DNA of 63,162 nucleotides from Bacilli bacterium (GCA_017536505.1 JAFXHG010000038.1:1-63162); one strand, 5' to 3'. Counted from the stretch's first letter, positions 20,412 through 31,287 are shown. Program-made: numbers and translations. The notes: generated from the sequence alone by a model not told the origin.

Positions 20412-20864
20412 TTATTTATTTTTTAATGTTTTTTCTATATCTCTCTTTACATCTTTTTCTTTTATTGACTCTCTTTTGTCATAATTTTTCTTACCTTTAC
20501 ATACTCCTAAAAGTATTTTAGCTCTATTTCCTTTAAAATATAACTTAATAGGTACAAGTGTATACCCACTTATTTCTACCTTATCTCTTAATTTTAAAAT
20601 TTCTTTTTTATTAAGTAACAATTTTCTTGTTCTTCTTTCATCATGGTTAAATATACTAGCATCATTATATTTAGCTATGTACATATTAAGTAAAAATACT
20701 TCATTATTCTTTACAATTGCATAACAATCCTTTATATTTGCTTGACCATTTCTTATTGATTTAATCTCTGTACCCTTTAGTACTATACCACATTCTATTT
20801 CTTCTTCTATGAAATAATCATAACTAGCTTTTTTATTTTTTATTTCTATCATATTATTCCCCAT
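20412..20864 (-). CDS. smpB: SsrA-binding protein
   Basis: NKKASYDY, GTEIKSIR, RKLLL, GKKNYDKRE. Confidence 0.97.
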   Translation of the reverse strand: MGNNMIEIKNKKASYDYFIEEEIECGIVLKGTEIKSIRNGQANIKDCYAIVKNNEVFLLNMYIAKYNDASIFNHDERRTRKLLLNKKEILKLRDKVEISGYTLVPIKLYFKGNRAKILLGVCKGKKNYDKRESIKEKDVKRDIEKTLKNK

Positions 20865-21978
20865 TCACTATATTCATATATTGTTCTTCTATATTTTCAT
20901 AATTATTTAATAAGTCATTATTTAATTTTGAAAAAGGTATAACTTTAAAATTTGTACTCTTTTCTGCATAAGCAAGTACTAATTCTTTGTATTCATTTTC
21001 AAATCTAAGACCACTATCATCTACTACAATATCTATTCCATACATAAGTCCAATTCCATTATTTAATCTTATAGATAATTGATTAGATATAAAATTACCT
21101 AAAGAATAAATAACTAATGTATCATTTACATATTCAACAGGTTGTACAACATGTGGATGATGACCTATTATAAGATTTACACCTAAACTAGATAAGTAAT
21201 CAGCAATTTGCCTTTGACTTTCAGTAGGAGTATTTGTATCTTCAACGCCCCAATGCATAGATACTATTATAACATCTACTTGATCTTTAACTTTATCTAT
21301 ATCATTTTTTGCTTTATCTGCACTATACATATTTAATAAATAATCTTTTCTAACTTTTGCATTAGAATTTACTGTATATGCAAGAAATGCATATTTTATT
21401 CCATTTTGTTCATAAATTTTTACTTCGTTTCTTTCTTCATCACTAGAATAACTACCAGCAAAATTTACATTTTTACTTTTCCAATAACTATTAGAATATA
21501 GTGCGGCATCTTCACCTTTATCTAAAGTATGATTATTAGCTAAACTAATTAAGTTAAACCCTAAATTTACTAATTCATCACCTATTTCATCTGGAGAATT
21601 AAAACTAGGATATCCACTTATACCAAGTGATCTTCCTCCTATGGCAGATTCTTGATTACAAAATTTTAAATCATATTTTTTTATTATAGGTTCTATATCT
21701 GTAAACATATAATGAAAATCATAAGTATTAGTTTCCTTATTATAAGCATCTTTATATACGCTCTCATGTATTAATATATCTCCAACAGCTATTAAAGACA
21801 TTCTTTTTTCTTTGGGTACTTCTTCTACTACTTTATTTGTCGTTTCATTTTCATTATCTTTACTTTTATCGACATTTTTTTCATCTTGATTTTTTAATAA
21901 AATTACCAAACTCATAATTAAAACAATAAATACTAAAATAATAAAGTATACACTTGTTTTTAATTTTCTTTTTTTCAT
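20854..21978 (-). CDS. CapA/PGA_cap family metallophosphoesterase-like protein
   Basis: VGDILIH, ANNHTLD, MHWG, GHHPHVVQP, YSLGNF. Confidence 0.92.
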   Translation of the reverse strand: MKKRKLKTSVYFIILVFIVLIMSLVILLKNQDEKNVDKSKDNENETTNKVVEEVPKEKRMSLIAVGDILIHESVYKDAYNKETNTYDFHYMFTDIEPIIKKYDLKFCNQESAIGGRSLGISGYPSFNSPDEIGDELVNLGFNLISLANNHTLDKGEDAALYSNSYWKSKNVNFAGSYSSDEERNEVKIYEQNGIKYAFLAYTVNSNAKVRKDYLLNMYSADKAKNDIDKVKDQVDVIIVSMHWGVEDTNTPTESQRQIADYLSSLGVNLIIGHHPHVVQPVEYVNDTLVIYSLGNFISNQLSIRLNNGIGLMYGIDIVVDDSGLRFENEYKELVLAYAEKSTNFKVIPFSKLNNDLLNNYENIEEQYMNIVNGE

Positions 21979-22026
21979 ATTATCACCTATAAATATTATA
22001 AAACAAAAAAGAGAGATTGTCTATCT

Positions 22027-24129
22027 CTACTTTTTCAATATAAAATCTACTGTATGATTTACCTTACTAGCAGCTTTAACAACCACTTTAACTTCATCAC
22101 CAAGTCTATATCCTCGCTTATTATTATTTCCTACTAAAGCAAATGTGGATTCATCATATCTATAATAATCATCAGTTAAATCATCAATACGTACTAATCC
22201 TTCTATTTTATTAGGAAGTTCTATAAACATACCAAAACTCATGACACTTGATACAACACCTTCAAATTCTTCTCCTATATGTTTTTCCATATATTCAGCC
22301 ATCTTCATATCATCTACTTCACGTTCACATTCTATTGATGCTCTTTCTCTTTCAGATGTATGAAGCGCTAAAGGAGCAAGTTTTTGATCCCAATAATTAA
22401 TTGTATCCATATTTATATTTTTATTAAATAAATATGTTCTAAGTAATCTATGTACAGTAGTATCTGGATATCTTCTTATAGGAGATGTAAAGTGTGTATA
22501 ACATTTACTTGCAAGGCCAAAGTGACCTATATTAGTTTTATCATATACAGCCTTTTGCATACTTCTAAGTAAAAGTGGTGACAATATATGATACTCTTTT
22601 GCATCTTTTAATTCATTAAGTAATTCTTGCATAGCTTTTGGTGTTATTTTTTTCATTTTATGTACACTATGCCCAAGTATACTAACAAAGTTTAAGAAAG
22701 TATTTATTTTTTCTTCATTTGGTTCACCATGTATACGATATATAAATGGATATTCCATATATGTTATATGACGCGCTACTGTTTCATTCGCAGCTATCAT
22801 AAAATCTTCTATTAACTTTTCTCCAGTACCACGTTCTCTTAATTTAACATCAATAGCTTCTCCGTCTTCATTTGTTATTATTTTAGCTTCATCTATATCA
22901 AAATCAATATATCCTTTTCTAACTTTATTATCTCTTAGTATTTCAGCTAATTCTTTCATTAAATTTAATTTTTCTACAAAAGGTTCATAACCTTCAGCTA
23001 TTATATTTTCTTCTAAAATAGCATTAACTTTTTTATAAGTCATTTGAATATTTGATTTTATAACACTTTCAAATATATCATACTCTACTACTTCACCATT
23101 ATTGTCTATTTCCATAACACAGCTAACAGCTAATCTATCTACATTAGGATTTAATGAACATATACCGTTAGAAAGTTGATGTGGTAACATTGGTATAACC
23201 GTATTAGCCAAATATACACTTGTCCCTCTTTTATAAGCCTCTTCATCCAATGGACTATTTTCCTTTACATAATAGCTTACATCAGCAATATGTACACCTA
23301 ACTTATAATTACCACTATCTAATTTTTCTATTGAAATAGCATCATCTATATCTTTAGTGTCATCTCCATCAATAGTAAAAATCATTTCATTTCTTAAATC
23401 TGTTCTTCCTTCATATTCGTGTTCTAATACGTGATCAGGTATATTTTTTAATTGTTCATCTACTTCTTTGGGAAATTCATCTTCTATTTCATATTTAGCA
23501 GCTATACTTAAAATATCTACACCAGGATCATCAATATGACCTAATATCTTTATAATTGCACCCTTATAATTTAAATTATCAATTTTATTTAATAATCTTA
23601 CAACAACTTTATGACCACTTACAGCACCCAAACTCTTATCAGGATCTACTATTATATTTAAATTTACTTTTTTATCATCTAAATCAATTAAGCATTTATG
23701 ATTTTTAAAATAAACTTTACCTACAAATTGTTGTAACTTTCTTTCAATTACTTTCAGTATTCTACCTTCAAGTCTTAATCCTTTTTTAGATGTTATTTCT
23801 ACTATTACTTGATCATTATTAATAGCACCATTTAAATTATCTTGAGCAATAAAAACATCCTCATCGCCTTCTATATCAACAAAGGCATAACCTTTCTTAG
23901 TACCCATTAATTTTCCAAGTTTTAAATTACTATTATTAAACAACATATATTTATCTTTTTTAGTTCTATATATCTTATATTCATCTTCTAATCTATTTAA
24001 CTCTTTTAATAATTCTTTTAATTCTTCTACAGTATTAAATCCTAATTTAGATTCTATTTCATGCACATCTAGAGCGCCATTGTCTTCATTTAAAATTTCT
24101 ATTATCCTATCTTCCATATAATCCTCCAA
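22027..24129 (-). CDS. rnr: Ribonuclease R
   Basis: TIDGDDTKDIDDA, HFTSPIRRYPD, C-terminal S1 domain. Confidence 0.97.
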   Translation of the reverse strand: MEDYMEDRIIEILNEDNGALDVHEIESKLGFNTVEELKELLKELNRLEDEYKIYRTKKDKYMLFNNSNLKLGKLMGTKKGYAFVDIEGDEDVFIAQDNLNGAINNDQVIVEITSKKGLRLEGRILKVIERKLQQFVGKVYFKNHKCLIDLDDKKVNLNIIVDPDKSLGAVSGHKVVVRLLNKIDNLNYKGAIIKILGHIDDPGVDILSIAAKYEIEDEFPKEVDEQLKNIPDHVLEHEYEGRTDLRNEMIFTIDGDDTKDIDDAISIEKLDSGNYKLGVHIADVSYYVKENSPLDEEAYKRGTSVYLANTVIPMLPHQLSNGICSLNPNVDRLAVSCVMEIDNNGEVVEYDIFESVIKSNIQMTYKKVNAILEENIIAEGYEPFVEKLNLMKELAEILRDNKVRKGYIDFDIDEAKIITNEDGEAIDVKLRERGTGEKLIEDFMIAANETVARHITYMEYPFIYRIHGEPNEEKINTFLNFVSILGHSVHKMKKITPKAMQELLNELKDAKEYHILSPLLLRSMQKAVYDKTNIGHFGLASKCYTHFTSPIRRYPDTTVHRLLRTYLFNKNINMDTINYWDQKLAPLALHTSERERASIECEREVDDMKMAEYMEKHIGEEFEGVVSSVMSFGMFIELPNKIEGLVRIDDLTDDYYRYDESTFALVGNNNKRGYRLGDEVKVVVKAASKVNHTVDFILKK

Positions 24130-24216
24130 TTATATTATAAGTTATTTTACAGATTTGTTTCAATAGATTTTTATAAAAAATGCTTTAAATTTTATAAATA
24201 TGTAAAGAAAAAGGAA

Positions 24217-24486
24217 TTATAAATCTATAATTCCACATCCATTTGCTGCAAACCCCATTTTATCAAGCACAAATTCTATTATAAATGGTATTATGAATAT
24301 TAATGCACATATTATTAATCTTTTTATAAAATGTCCTTGTGCCTTTTTCATTGCATCATCCTTATTTGATGATAATGCTTTTATAAAATCTAATATACCA
24401 AATATTATTACTATTACTGGTATTAAATATTTTGCCCACTTGATTATGTTTGCTATAAAATGTATTAGTTTTTGAGAAAATCCACA
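24217..24486. repeat. Direct repeat copy 1 (pilin-domain coding region)
   Basis: Aligns without gaps to 25302-25571 (offset 1085 bp) with visibly high nucleotide identity. Confidence 0.85.
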
Positions 24487-25233
24487 AGGCCCATATCCTT
24501 GAATAATTTCTAAAGATTCATCTATCGCCTTAATATCATTTTCCATATCATACAAACATCGCTTTAAGCAAGGATCACCATAGTATGTTCTTTCTAATAC
24601 ATCGCCACATAAAGTTTTTAATTGATTCAAAGACGTATTATACTGATTTAATTTAATCGCTTTTTCTTCTGGAGTACTATTTGCATAATCAGTAAAAATT
24701 TCTGATATATCATATATTATATTATCATAACTCTCACATTGATAAATTAATTGTTCGGGTGTCAACTTTTGTTCAGGCACATAAGGATAACAATGAATTG
24801 AATCCCCACCAAAAACATATTCCCATATATAAAATTTATTTTCTTCTGGTAATTGAGAATAATTATCATATATCATAAACATTCCAGTACTAAATGCATG
24901 CGTGAAATCAAAATGGAGGTATGAACACACATATAAAGTTGAAACCCATTTATCACCTAGCAAATAATCTCCACTATCAGAATAGTACAAAGTAGTTTCG
25001 TACCACTTATCCCAAATATCAGGAATACTATAATCTTTAATAATATAACTTCTATAAGTTTTTGTATTAGTTCCAAACATTGTATAATTATCTTTATCTA
25101 CTACAATATAAAAGTCACTACCTAGCTTTGCATTAATATATTTCATAGTGTTAGATGCTTTTACGTTTGAAAAAGACAAACACAAAAACAAAACTAATAC
25201 AATATAAATTATACCTTTTTTTATTGTTTTCAT
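24217..25233 (-). CDS. Secreted protein with a C-terminal VirB2/TrbC-like pilin domain
   Basis: Likely start MKTIKK after GGAG; signal peptide, Cys-rich middle, KALSSNKDDAMKKAQGHFIKRL two-TM tail. Confidence 0.75.
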   Translation of the reverse strand: MKTIKKGIIYIVLVLFLCLSFSNVKASNTMKYINAKLGSDFYIVVDKDNYTMFGTNTKTYRSYIIKDYSIPDIWDKWYETTLYYSDSGDYLLGDKWVSTLYVCSYLHFDFTHAFSTGMFMIYDNYSQLPEENKFYIWEYVFGGDSIHCYPYVPEQKLTPEQLIYQCESYDNIIYDISEIFTDYANSTPEEKAIKLNQYNTSLNQLKTLCGDVLERTYYGDPCLKRCLYDMENDIKAIDESLEIIQGYGPCGFSQKLIHFIANIIKWAKYLIPVIVIIFGILDFIKALSSNKDDAMKKAQGHFIKRLIICALIFIIPFIIEFVLDKMGFAANGCGIIDL

Positions 25234-25301
25234 AAAAAGCCATCTCCATGATATATTATACATAAAAATTAATAAAAAGTAAATAATCAAAAGAAAAGGA
25301 A

Positions 25302-25571
25302 TTATAAATCTATAATTCCACATCCATTTGCTGCAAATCCCATTTTTTCAAGTATAAATTCTACTATAAATGGTATTATGAATATTATCGCACATATTAT
25401 TAATCTTTTTATAAAATTACTTTGTGCTTTTTTCATTGCATCATCCTTATCTGATGATAATGCTTTTATAAAATCTAATATTCCAAATATCATAACTATT
25501 ACAGGTACTAAATATTTTCCCCATTTTACTATGTTTGCTATAAATAAAACTAATTTTTGAGAAAAACCACA
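25302..25571. repeat. Direct repeat copy 2 (pilin-domain coding region)
   Basis: Matches 24217-24486. Confidence 0.85.
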
Positions 25572-26594
25572 ATTATTTTGACCAGTTGTCATCTCTGATA
25601 TTTGATCTATTTTATCTCCTACTTGTAAACACTTATCTATACAATGTCTTTCTGAATCAACATAATCAAAATTTTTTAAAATACTATCACATTGTTTTCT
25701 AACAACTTCTAACTTGTCATCTATTATTATTTTATTTGTCATCAAACAATTAATATCATCAGAGCTACATTTATTATAATCAATTATATATTGATCTAAT
25801 AATTTAATATTCATATCTGCTAGTCTACAATCTATATTAATTTTTGAATATTCGCCATCTTCTGGATAGCTATATTTATAACAAGATATATCTCTATATC
25901 CAAGAAGCAATTCATTATCACTTGCAACTAGGTCCCAAATTAAATTTCCAGCACCCCCAACTACTGAACAAACAAGGTCGACACCACCTTCTACAAAAGG
26001 TATACCATCGCCTAAACTACATATCCAACTGTCATTTGCTGATTCTGCCCCATCTGTAAAAGAAGAAGCAAATGATCCTCCTAGTTTATCTGACCAATCG
26101 TTATTATATTTTTCTTGGCCCATTATGTGTAATTCTTTATTATCAAATTGAAAAAGAGAATAAGAATTTTCAACATGTTGATTAAAATAATTCGTCATAT
26201 CAATATACCCTAGTGAAGCTATATGTACAAGAGAATCCATTGTTGCCCCAAATGAATTAAGCAAATTATTTAACGAAGGCAATTCAACTCCCCACTCTGT
26301 TTTCTCACAAAGATAAACTGTTTCTGGACAAAAATATTCATTTAATGCCTTTTTTAATTCCTCTTGATCTATTTTAACTTCTGATTCTGTATACATTTCA
26401 GTTCCACTATGCGTTAAAATACTAGTATGATGATACCACTGGTCTGCTAACCCTTTATAATCATAATCAACATTACCATTATTATAAAAAATTTTTAATC
26501 CATCACCATAATCACAAGTCATGTTTTCTGCAAAAACAGTTTTAGGAAAAACCATTAATATGAAAATTATTAATATTATTAATTTTTTTCGCAT
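25302..26594 (-). CDS. Secreted protein with a C-terminal VirB2/TrbC-like pilin domain
   Basis: Signal peptide ending VFA, Cys-rich body, KALSSDKDDAMKKAQSNFIKRL tail nearly identical to the neighbour. Confidence 0.78.
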   Translation of the reverse strand: MRKKLIILIIFILMVFPKTVFAENMTCDYGDGLKIFYNNGNVDYDYKGLADQWYHHTSILTHSGTEMYTESEVKIDQEELKKALNEYFCPETVYLCEKTEWGVELPSLNNLLNSFGATMDSLVHIASLGYIDMTNYFNQHVENSYSLFQFDNKELHIMGQEKYNNDWSDKLGGSFASSFTDGAESANDSWICSLGDGIPFVEGGVDLVCSVVGGAGNLIWDLVASDNELLLGYRDISCYKYSYPEDGEYSKINIDCRLADMNIKLLDQYIIDYNKCSSDDINCLMTNKIIIDDKLEVVRKQCDSILKNFDYVDSERHCIDKCLQVGDKIDQISEMTTGQNNCGFSQKLVLFIANIVKWGKYLVPVIVMIFGILDFIKALSSDKDDAMKKAQSNFIKRLIICAIIFIIPFIVEFILEKMGFAANGCGIIDL

Positions 26595-27091
26595 TTCATA
26601 CCACTACTTTCAAAGAAATTTTTTATCGCATTTATATTACTTTCATACAAATTAATACCTATTTTTTTAGAAAAATAATCTGCACTTTTTTTATTTATTA
26701 TATATTGGACATCAACAGAAAAACCTATATCAATGTTATTATATTGATAAGAAACATATTGTTCATATCCTTCAAAATTTTCTGACATTGCGAGTTCTAC
26801 AGAATTTTCAAAATATTTTGATAAATCACTTAAATAATAACCTTTTTTCAACAATTCTATATAGATTTTTTCACTAAGTGTTAATTTTTGATTTTGATCT
26901 AATATTATATCTTTTCCTCTTTTTATAACATTATAGTTCATTTCTTGAACAATACCTTCAGATATAGTCGCCTTTTCATTACATGTTAAAATTATTTTTT
27001 CTTTTGTGTTTTTAAAAACCAAAAAGCATACAACAATTAACAAAATTAATGTTATCAGGATAAATAATATTATCTTTTTATTTTTTTTCAT
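26579..27091 (-). CDS. Membrane-anchored hypothetical protein
   Basis: N-terminal TM; Cys near both ends of the extracellular domain; overlaps the pilin-domain gene start. Confidence 0.65.
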   Translation of the reverse strand: MKKNKKIILFILITLILLIVVCFLVFKNTKEKIILTCNEKATISEGIVQEMNYNVIKRGKDIILDQNQKLTLSEKIYIELLKKGYYLSDLSKYFENSVELAMSENFEGYEQYVSYQYNNIDIGFSVDVQYIINKKSADYFSKKIGINLYESNINAIKNFFESSGMKCEKN

Positions 27092-27165
27092 TATTTCACT
27101 CCTTATATATTATTTAATACTAAATAAATTATATCAAAATAACAAAATAAAGTAAATATTTTATT

Positions 27166-27759
27166 TTATTTAATCATTTTTATAAATTTTGTTATAAATA
27201 GTTTATAATTAGATACTGTTTCAAAATAATAAAATATTGATACTAATATAGAACCTAAAAATGCAACAATTATATCATGCATTGTATCTGTTATTCCAGT
27301 AACTAGTACTTTTTGTGGATCTACACTGAAGTAGTAACTAGCTAAATATTCAAACATTTCCCAAAAAGCTGCTGATGCTAGTGTTATAGATAGTATAAAT
27401 AATATATCAAAAAACATACTATTTTCTTTTTTTAACTTAATTAGTATATATATTGCTACAAACGAAGCTACTATTCCTGATAAAAAATGAACAAATTTAT
27501 CAAACCAATATATATAGTTATATAATTCACAAATAACCCCTAAAAAATGGGCTATAAATACAAATATTATATATATTAAGTTTATTCCATTTGTTATTTT
27601 TATTTTAAATAGTTTTTGAATTATGTATAAAGCACTTATGGTAATTACTATAGACATATCTTTTAAAATTAAAACTATATTATCGTCCCTAGTAATTGTA
27701 AAATATAAACTACCTAGAATAGCTATTATAATTAATGAAATATTAATCTTCTTTATCAT
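27166..27759 (-). CDS. Integral membrane protein (DUF2238/YjdF-like)
   Basis: WFDKFVHF, WEMFEY, DTMHD motifs. Confidence 0.7.
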   Translation of the reverse strand: MIKKINISLIIIAILGSLYFTITRDDNIVLILKDMSIVITISALYIIQKLFKIKITNGINLIYIIFVFIAHFLGVICELYNYIYWFDKFVHFLSGIVASFVAIYILIKLKKENSMFFDILFILSITLASAAFWEMFEYLASYYFSVDPQKVLVTGITDTMHDIIVAFLGSILVSIFYYFETVSNYKLFITKFIKMIK

Positions 27760-28810
27760 TTAATTCTCCCATTTCTACTTGATTAATACTATTAAATCTT
27801 TTAGTTATCTTATCTGTTGTTGTATGTATTTCTTTAACATCCTTACTTACTGTTTCTATACTTCTATAAAGTTTGTCCCATCTATCTTTATAACGTTTAA
27901 ATTCACTATCTAATAAAGTTAATTCGTTATGTATAACTTTAGCAAATTTATCTCTTTCTATATTTTTAATTATTATTTGTATAGTTGTGAGTGTACTTAT
28001 TAAAGTAGTCGGACTTGTTATCCATACTCTTTTTTTATATGCATATTCAAGTATTTCAGTATGATAAGCATTAACTTCTGCAAATATAGCTTCTGCTGGT
28101 AAGAAAAGAATTGCTTGATCACTAGTAACTCCAGGTATTATATATTTACTGCTTATAGCATCTATATGTTTTTTCATATCAAGTTTAAACATTTTTTCTG
28201 CTTGATCCCTAACTTCTTTATTATTTTTTCTATCTACCATTATTTGGTAGTGCTCCAAAGGAAATTTAGAATCAATAGCTATTGTACCTAATGGTTCTGG
28301 CGTAAATAAAACTGAATCGGCTATAGTACCATTATTAAATGTATATTGCATCTGATATACTTTTGTATTGTTTTTACCAAATACATTAGAAAGTATATTT
28401 TCTAAATTAACTTCTCCAAATATTCCTCTTGTTTTTTTATCAGTCAAAACCCCCTGAAGAGACACTATATCTCCAGATAACATATCTATTTTCTTTTGGG
28501 CTTCATCTATTTTCGATAATCTTTCAAGAACATTAGTAAAAGTTTTATTAGTTTTTTCGAAATTTTCATCTAATCTTTCATTAACTTTATCATTTATTAA
28601 TCTTAACCTATTATCAAGTCTTTCAGTTTGATTATTAAAGTCACTAGTTAAACTTCTTGAAAAATCATTTTTAAAATCACTTATTTCTTTTATTACATTA
28701 ATTTCTAATCTACTTAAATTTTCTAATGAATCTTTATTATTCTTTCTTAACAAAATTATAATTAATAAAATTACTATTAATATAAGTAAACCTAATATTA
28801 TATATTCCAT
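27743..28810 (-). CDS. rmuC: DNA recombination protein RmuC
   Basis: KTRGIFGEVNL, IDSKFP, FLPAEAIF, SPTTL. Confidence 0.95.
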   Translation of the reverse strand: MEYIILGLLILIVILLIIILLRKNNKDSLENLSRLEINVIKEISDFKNDFSRSLTSDFNNQTERLDNRLRLINDKVNERLDENFEKTNKTFTNVLERLSKIDEAQKKIDMLSGDIVSLQGVLTDKKTRGIFGEVNLENILSNVFGKNNTKVYQMQYTFNNGTIADSVLFTPEPLGTIAIDSKFPLEHYQIMVDRKNNKEVRDQAEKMFKLDMKKHIDAISSKYIIPGVTSDQAILFLPAEAIFAEVNAYHTEILEYAYKKRVWITSPTTLISTLTTIQIIIKNIERDKFAKVIHNELTLLDSEFKRYKDRWDKLYRSIETVSKDVKEIHTTTDKITKRFNSINQVEMGELNDKED

Positions 28811-28867
28811 ATTATCACCTATATATATTTTAACATATTACATAATAAAAATGAATAAGAAAACATC

Positions 28868-29155
28868 TTATTCATTTAAAATCCAAGATTCATATCCACC
28901 AGATACATTTACCACGTTATATTCCATATTTTTTAATATTTGGCAAAGTTTTCTACTTTGTATACCCTTTTGACAATATATATAATATCTTTCTTCTTTC
29001 ATTAAATATTTTTGTGGTCTTATTAATAATTGCTCCATAGGAATATTTATTGCATTCATAATATGCTTGTTATTATATTTTTCTATACTTCTTATATCAA
29101 TTAAGTTAGGATATTTTAACTTTTTTAATTCAGTTACAGAAATACTTTCTAACAT
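28868..29155 (-). CDS. Rhodanese-like domain protein
   Basis: LIDIRS..KY...HI..AINIP, YCQKG..S, GGYESW. Confidence 0.9.
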   Translation of the reverse strand: MLESISVTELKKLKYPNLIDIRSIEKYNNKHIMNAINIPMEQLLIRPQKYLMKEERYYIYCQKGIQSRKLCQILKNMEYNVVNVSGGYESWILNE

Positions 29156-29196
29156 AAATAACCACCCTAATACATTATATGAGGGTGGTTATTTAT
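29154..29196 (-). promoter_or_regulatory. 15-bp inverted repeat covering the rhodanese RBS
   Basis: ATAAATAACCACCCT-N13-AGGGTGGTTATTTAT; minus-strand loop begins CATATAAT. Confidence 0.6.
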
Positions 29197-29212
29197 TATT
29201 AAGTTAATTAGT

Positions 29213-31279
29213 TTATTCATCAAAGAAGAAATCATCAAAAAATTGATCATCTGTTATTCCATTTTTAGGTTTATCTTCTTTAATAATTTCAGGAGTTGAT
29301 ATAGTTGGTACAGTAATAGATGTATCTTCTTGAACTTTATTTTGTTGCTCTAATTTAGCTTGTTCTTGTCTTTCTTCTTCCTCAAGCTCAGCTATTTTAG
29401 CATCTATACGTTTAACTAAATCATCTACATTAAATCCTCCACCTGATGTCTTAGAATCTACAGATGGCATAAATGGATTAAATGGTGCGCCTCCACCAAA
29501 TGGATTTGGCATCGATGAGCCACCAGAAGGAGCATCACCACTTAACATATTATTTATTTTATCTTCTCTTTTTTTATTAACAAATGTTTTTAAGTCAAAT
29601 ATTTCAACAGGATTTTTTTCTCTTTGAGGATATCCAGCCTTAGGAAAACTATGTCCCCAATTCATTTGGAAATTAGGCGTTAATTTTGTCTTAAATGGCA
29701 TTTCTCTAAGTCTCAAAATTATTGTTTCCCATTGATCAAGTCTTTGTAAATCACTGACTGTAACTAAAGGAGTAGACGATGTTTTTTCTTTTTCTTTAGA
29801 TTTAACTTCTCCACACATTTTACTTATTTCTTCCAAAGCAGATAACTCCGTACTTATTAAATACACAATGTTACCACAGTTACCTTTTATTGTTTCTCCA
29901 TTTTCTTTACCATACACTTCATAAAGCTGAGCAAAGTTTTGGATTATAAATGTAAATCTTATATTTCTTGAACGAGCAGCAGTAACCATTGTTGTAACAT
30001 CTTTTAATGGAGGCATGTTTGCGAACTCGTCTAGAATAAAGTTTGTTCTATGTGGAAGTTTTCCGCCTGATTCTTGTGCAACTGAAATTAAAGTTTCATA
30101 ACATTGCTTTAAGAAAATTGTTACTAAAGTATGGTATGTAGTTTTTTCATCTTGAATAACTATAAACACAGCTGTTTTCTTTCTACCAATATCTCTCATA
30201 TCAAAGTCATTATTTGCTAACATCTCTGATAAATTAGCACGTGAAGCAAACAATTGAACCCTTTGTTTAAATACTGATAAAATACTACCCTTAGTTTCAC
30301 TTGGAGCCATCAAAGTAGAAGATGCTTTAGTGTATGCCGTACTTGATGGATCTTTGTAACTAAAATAATCTTTTATATAAGTAGTATTAGCTAATTTTTC
30401 TTCACCTACCGTAGTCATTAAATTTATACTATTTAAATTTATTTCTTCTTCATTAGCATCTTCAAATAAAGCACAAGATAGACCTGCAAAATAGTCTGCT
30501 GATGTATTTTCCCAAAAAGGATCTTGTCCTTTAGCTGTAGGATCTTTTAATATATTTGCAGCTAAGTCTTCAAGTAACTCAACTGATTTATCTATATTTC
30601 CATCTTTATATAATGAATATGGTAAATACATAGGATTCCATGCATTTCCTTGTTGTGGATCACGGAAATTCAAAAGCACTATGTTATAACCTAAACTCTT
30701 TAAATAATTAGATGTATTTTCGTATATTTCACCTTTAGGATCCGTAATAATCATAGATTCATCATTTTTAGCAAGTAGATTTACCATTGGCAAAACTGTT
30801 GTTTGAGTTTTACCTGCACCAGTTGACCCTATTACAATATTATGGTATCCTCCATTATCAACCCATACTTTATTAGGTTTCATGATTAATGGAATACCTG
30901 CCGCATTTGCTTTAGGTGCTAAAGGATCTATCGCAACCACATTTGAGCTATTCTTTATCTCACTAGGTTTAGACCATCTAGCATAATTTTTTTCTTTTTT
31001 TTGTCCAATAGAAATACCTACTCCAAACTGATCATCTTCTTTTTCAAGAAAAATAGACTTAACACCAGCAAAAGCAGCTACAATTCCCGCAAAAAAGAAT
31101 ATTAAAGTAATTGCAATATTTCCACCTGTAAATCCTAAAAATAAATTAAGAGTAAATGGTTCTTCGTTTAAAAAAGCAGAAATATTTGCTACTGCAAAAG
31201 CGACTACAAGTAGCCACACAAATGCAAATATTGCAAATATTATTACATCTTTTGTTTCAGCTCTAAATCGCATTCTCAT
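29213..31279 (-). CDS. virD4: VirD4/TraG-like type IV coupling protein
   Basis: Two N-terminal TMs, Walker A GSTGAGKT, TDPKGE, WNP, LDEFANMP, RSRNI, QNFAQL...YG. Confidence 0.92.
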   Translation of the reverse strand: MRMRFRAETKDVIIFAIFAFVWLLVVAFAVANISAFLNEEPFTLNLFLGFTGGNIAITLIFFFAGIVAAFAGVKSIFLEKEDDQFGVGISIGQKKEKNYARWSKPSEIKNSSNVVAIDPLAPKANAAGIPLIMKPNKVWVDNGGYHNIVIGSTGAGKTQTTVLPMVNLLAKNDESMIITDPKGEIYENTSNYLKSLGYNIVLLNFRDPQQGNAWNPMYLPYSLYKDGNIDKSVELLEDLAANILKDPTAKGQDPFWENTSADYFAGLSCALFEDANEEEINLNSINLMTTVGEEKLANTTYIKDYFSYKDPSSTAYTKASSTLMAPSETKGSILSVFKQRVQLFASRANLSEMLANNDFDMRDIGRKKTAVFIVIQDEKTTYHTLVTIFLKQCYETLISVAQESGGKLPHRTNFILDEFANMPPLKDVTTMVTAARSRNIRFTFIIQNFAQLYEVYGKENGETIKGNCGNIVYLISTELSALEEISKMCGEVKSKEKEKTSSTPLVTVSDLQRLDQWETIILRLREMPFKTKLTPNFQMNWGHSFPKAGYPQREKNPVEIFDLKTFVNKKREDKINNMLSGDAPSGGSSMPNPFGGGAPFNPFMPSVDSKTSGGGFNVDDLVKRIDAKIAELEEEERQEQAKLEQQNKVQEDTSITVPTISTPEIIKEDKPKNGITDDQFFDDFFFDE

Positions 31280-31287
31280 ATTATCAC

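Noticed and set aside
24217-25571. Repeat pair as a CRISPR array or a diversity-generating retroelement TR/VR pair
   Set aside because: Only two copies, both coding; differences do not appear adenine-specific; no cas or reverse transcriptase gene in the window
27743-28810. rmuC as part of the T4SS locus, implying DNA uptake
   Set aside because: It is separated by the rhodanese gene and an intergenic gap and is a common housekeeping gene; adjacency alone is weak evidence
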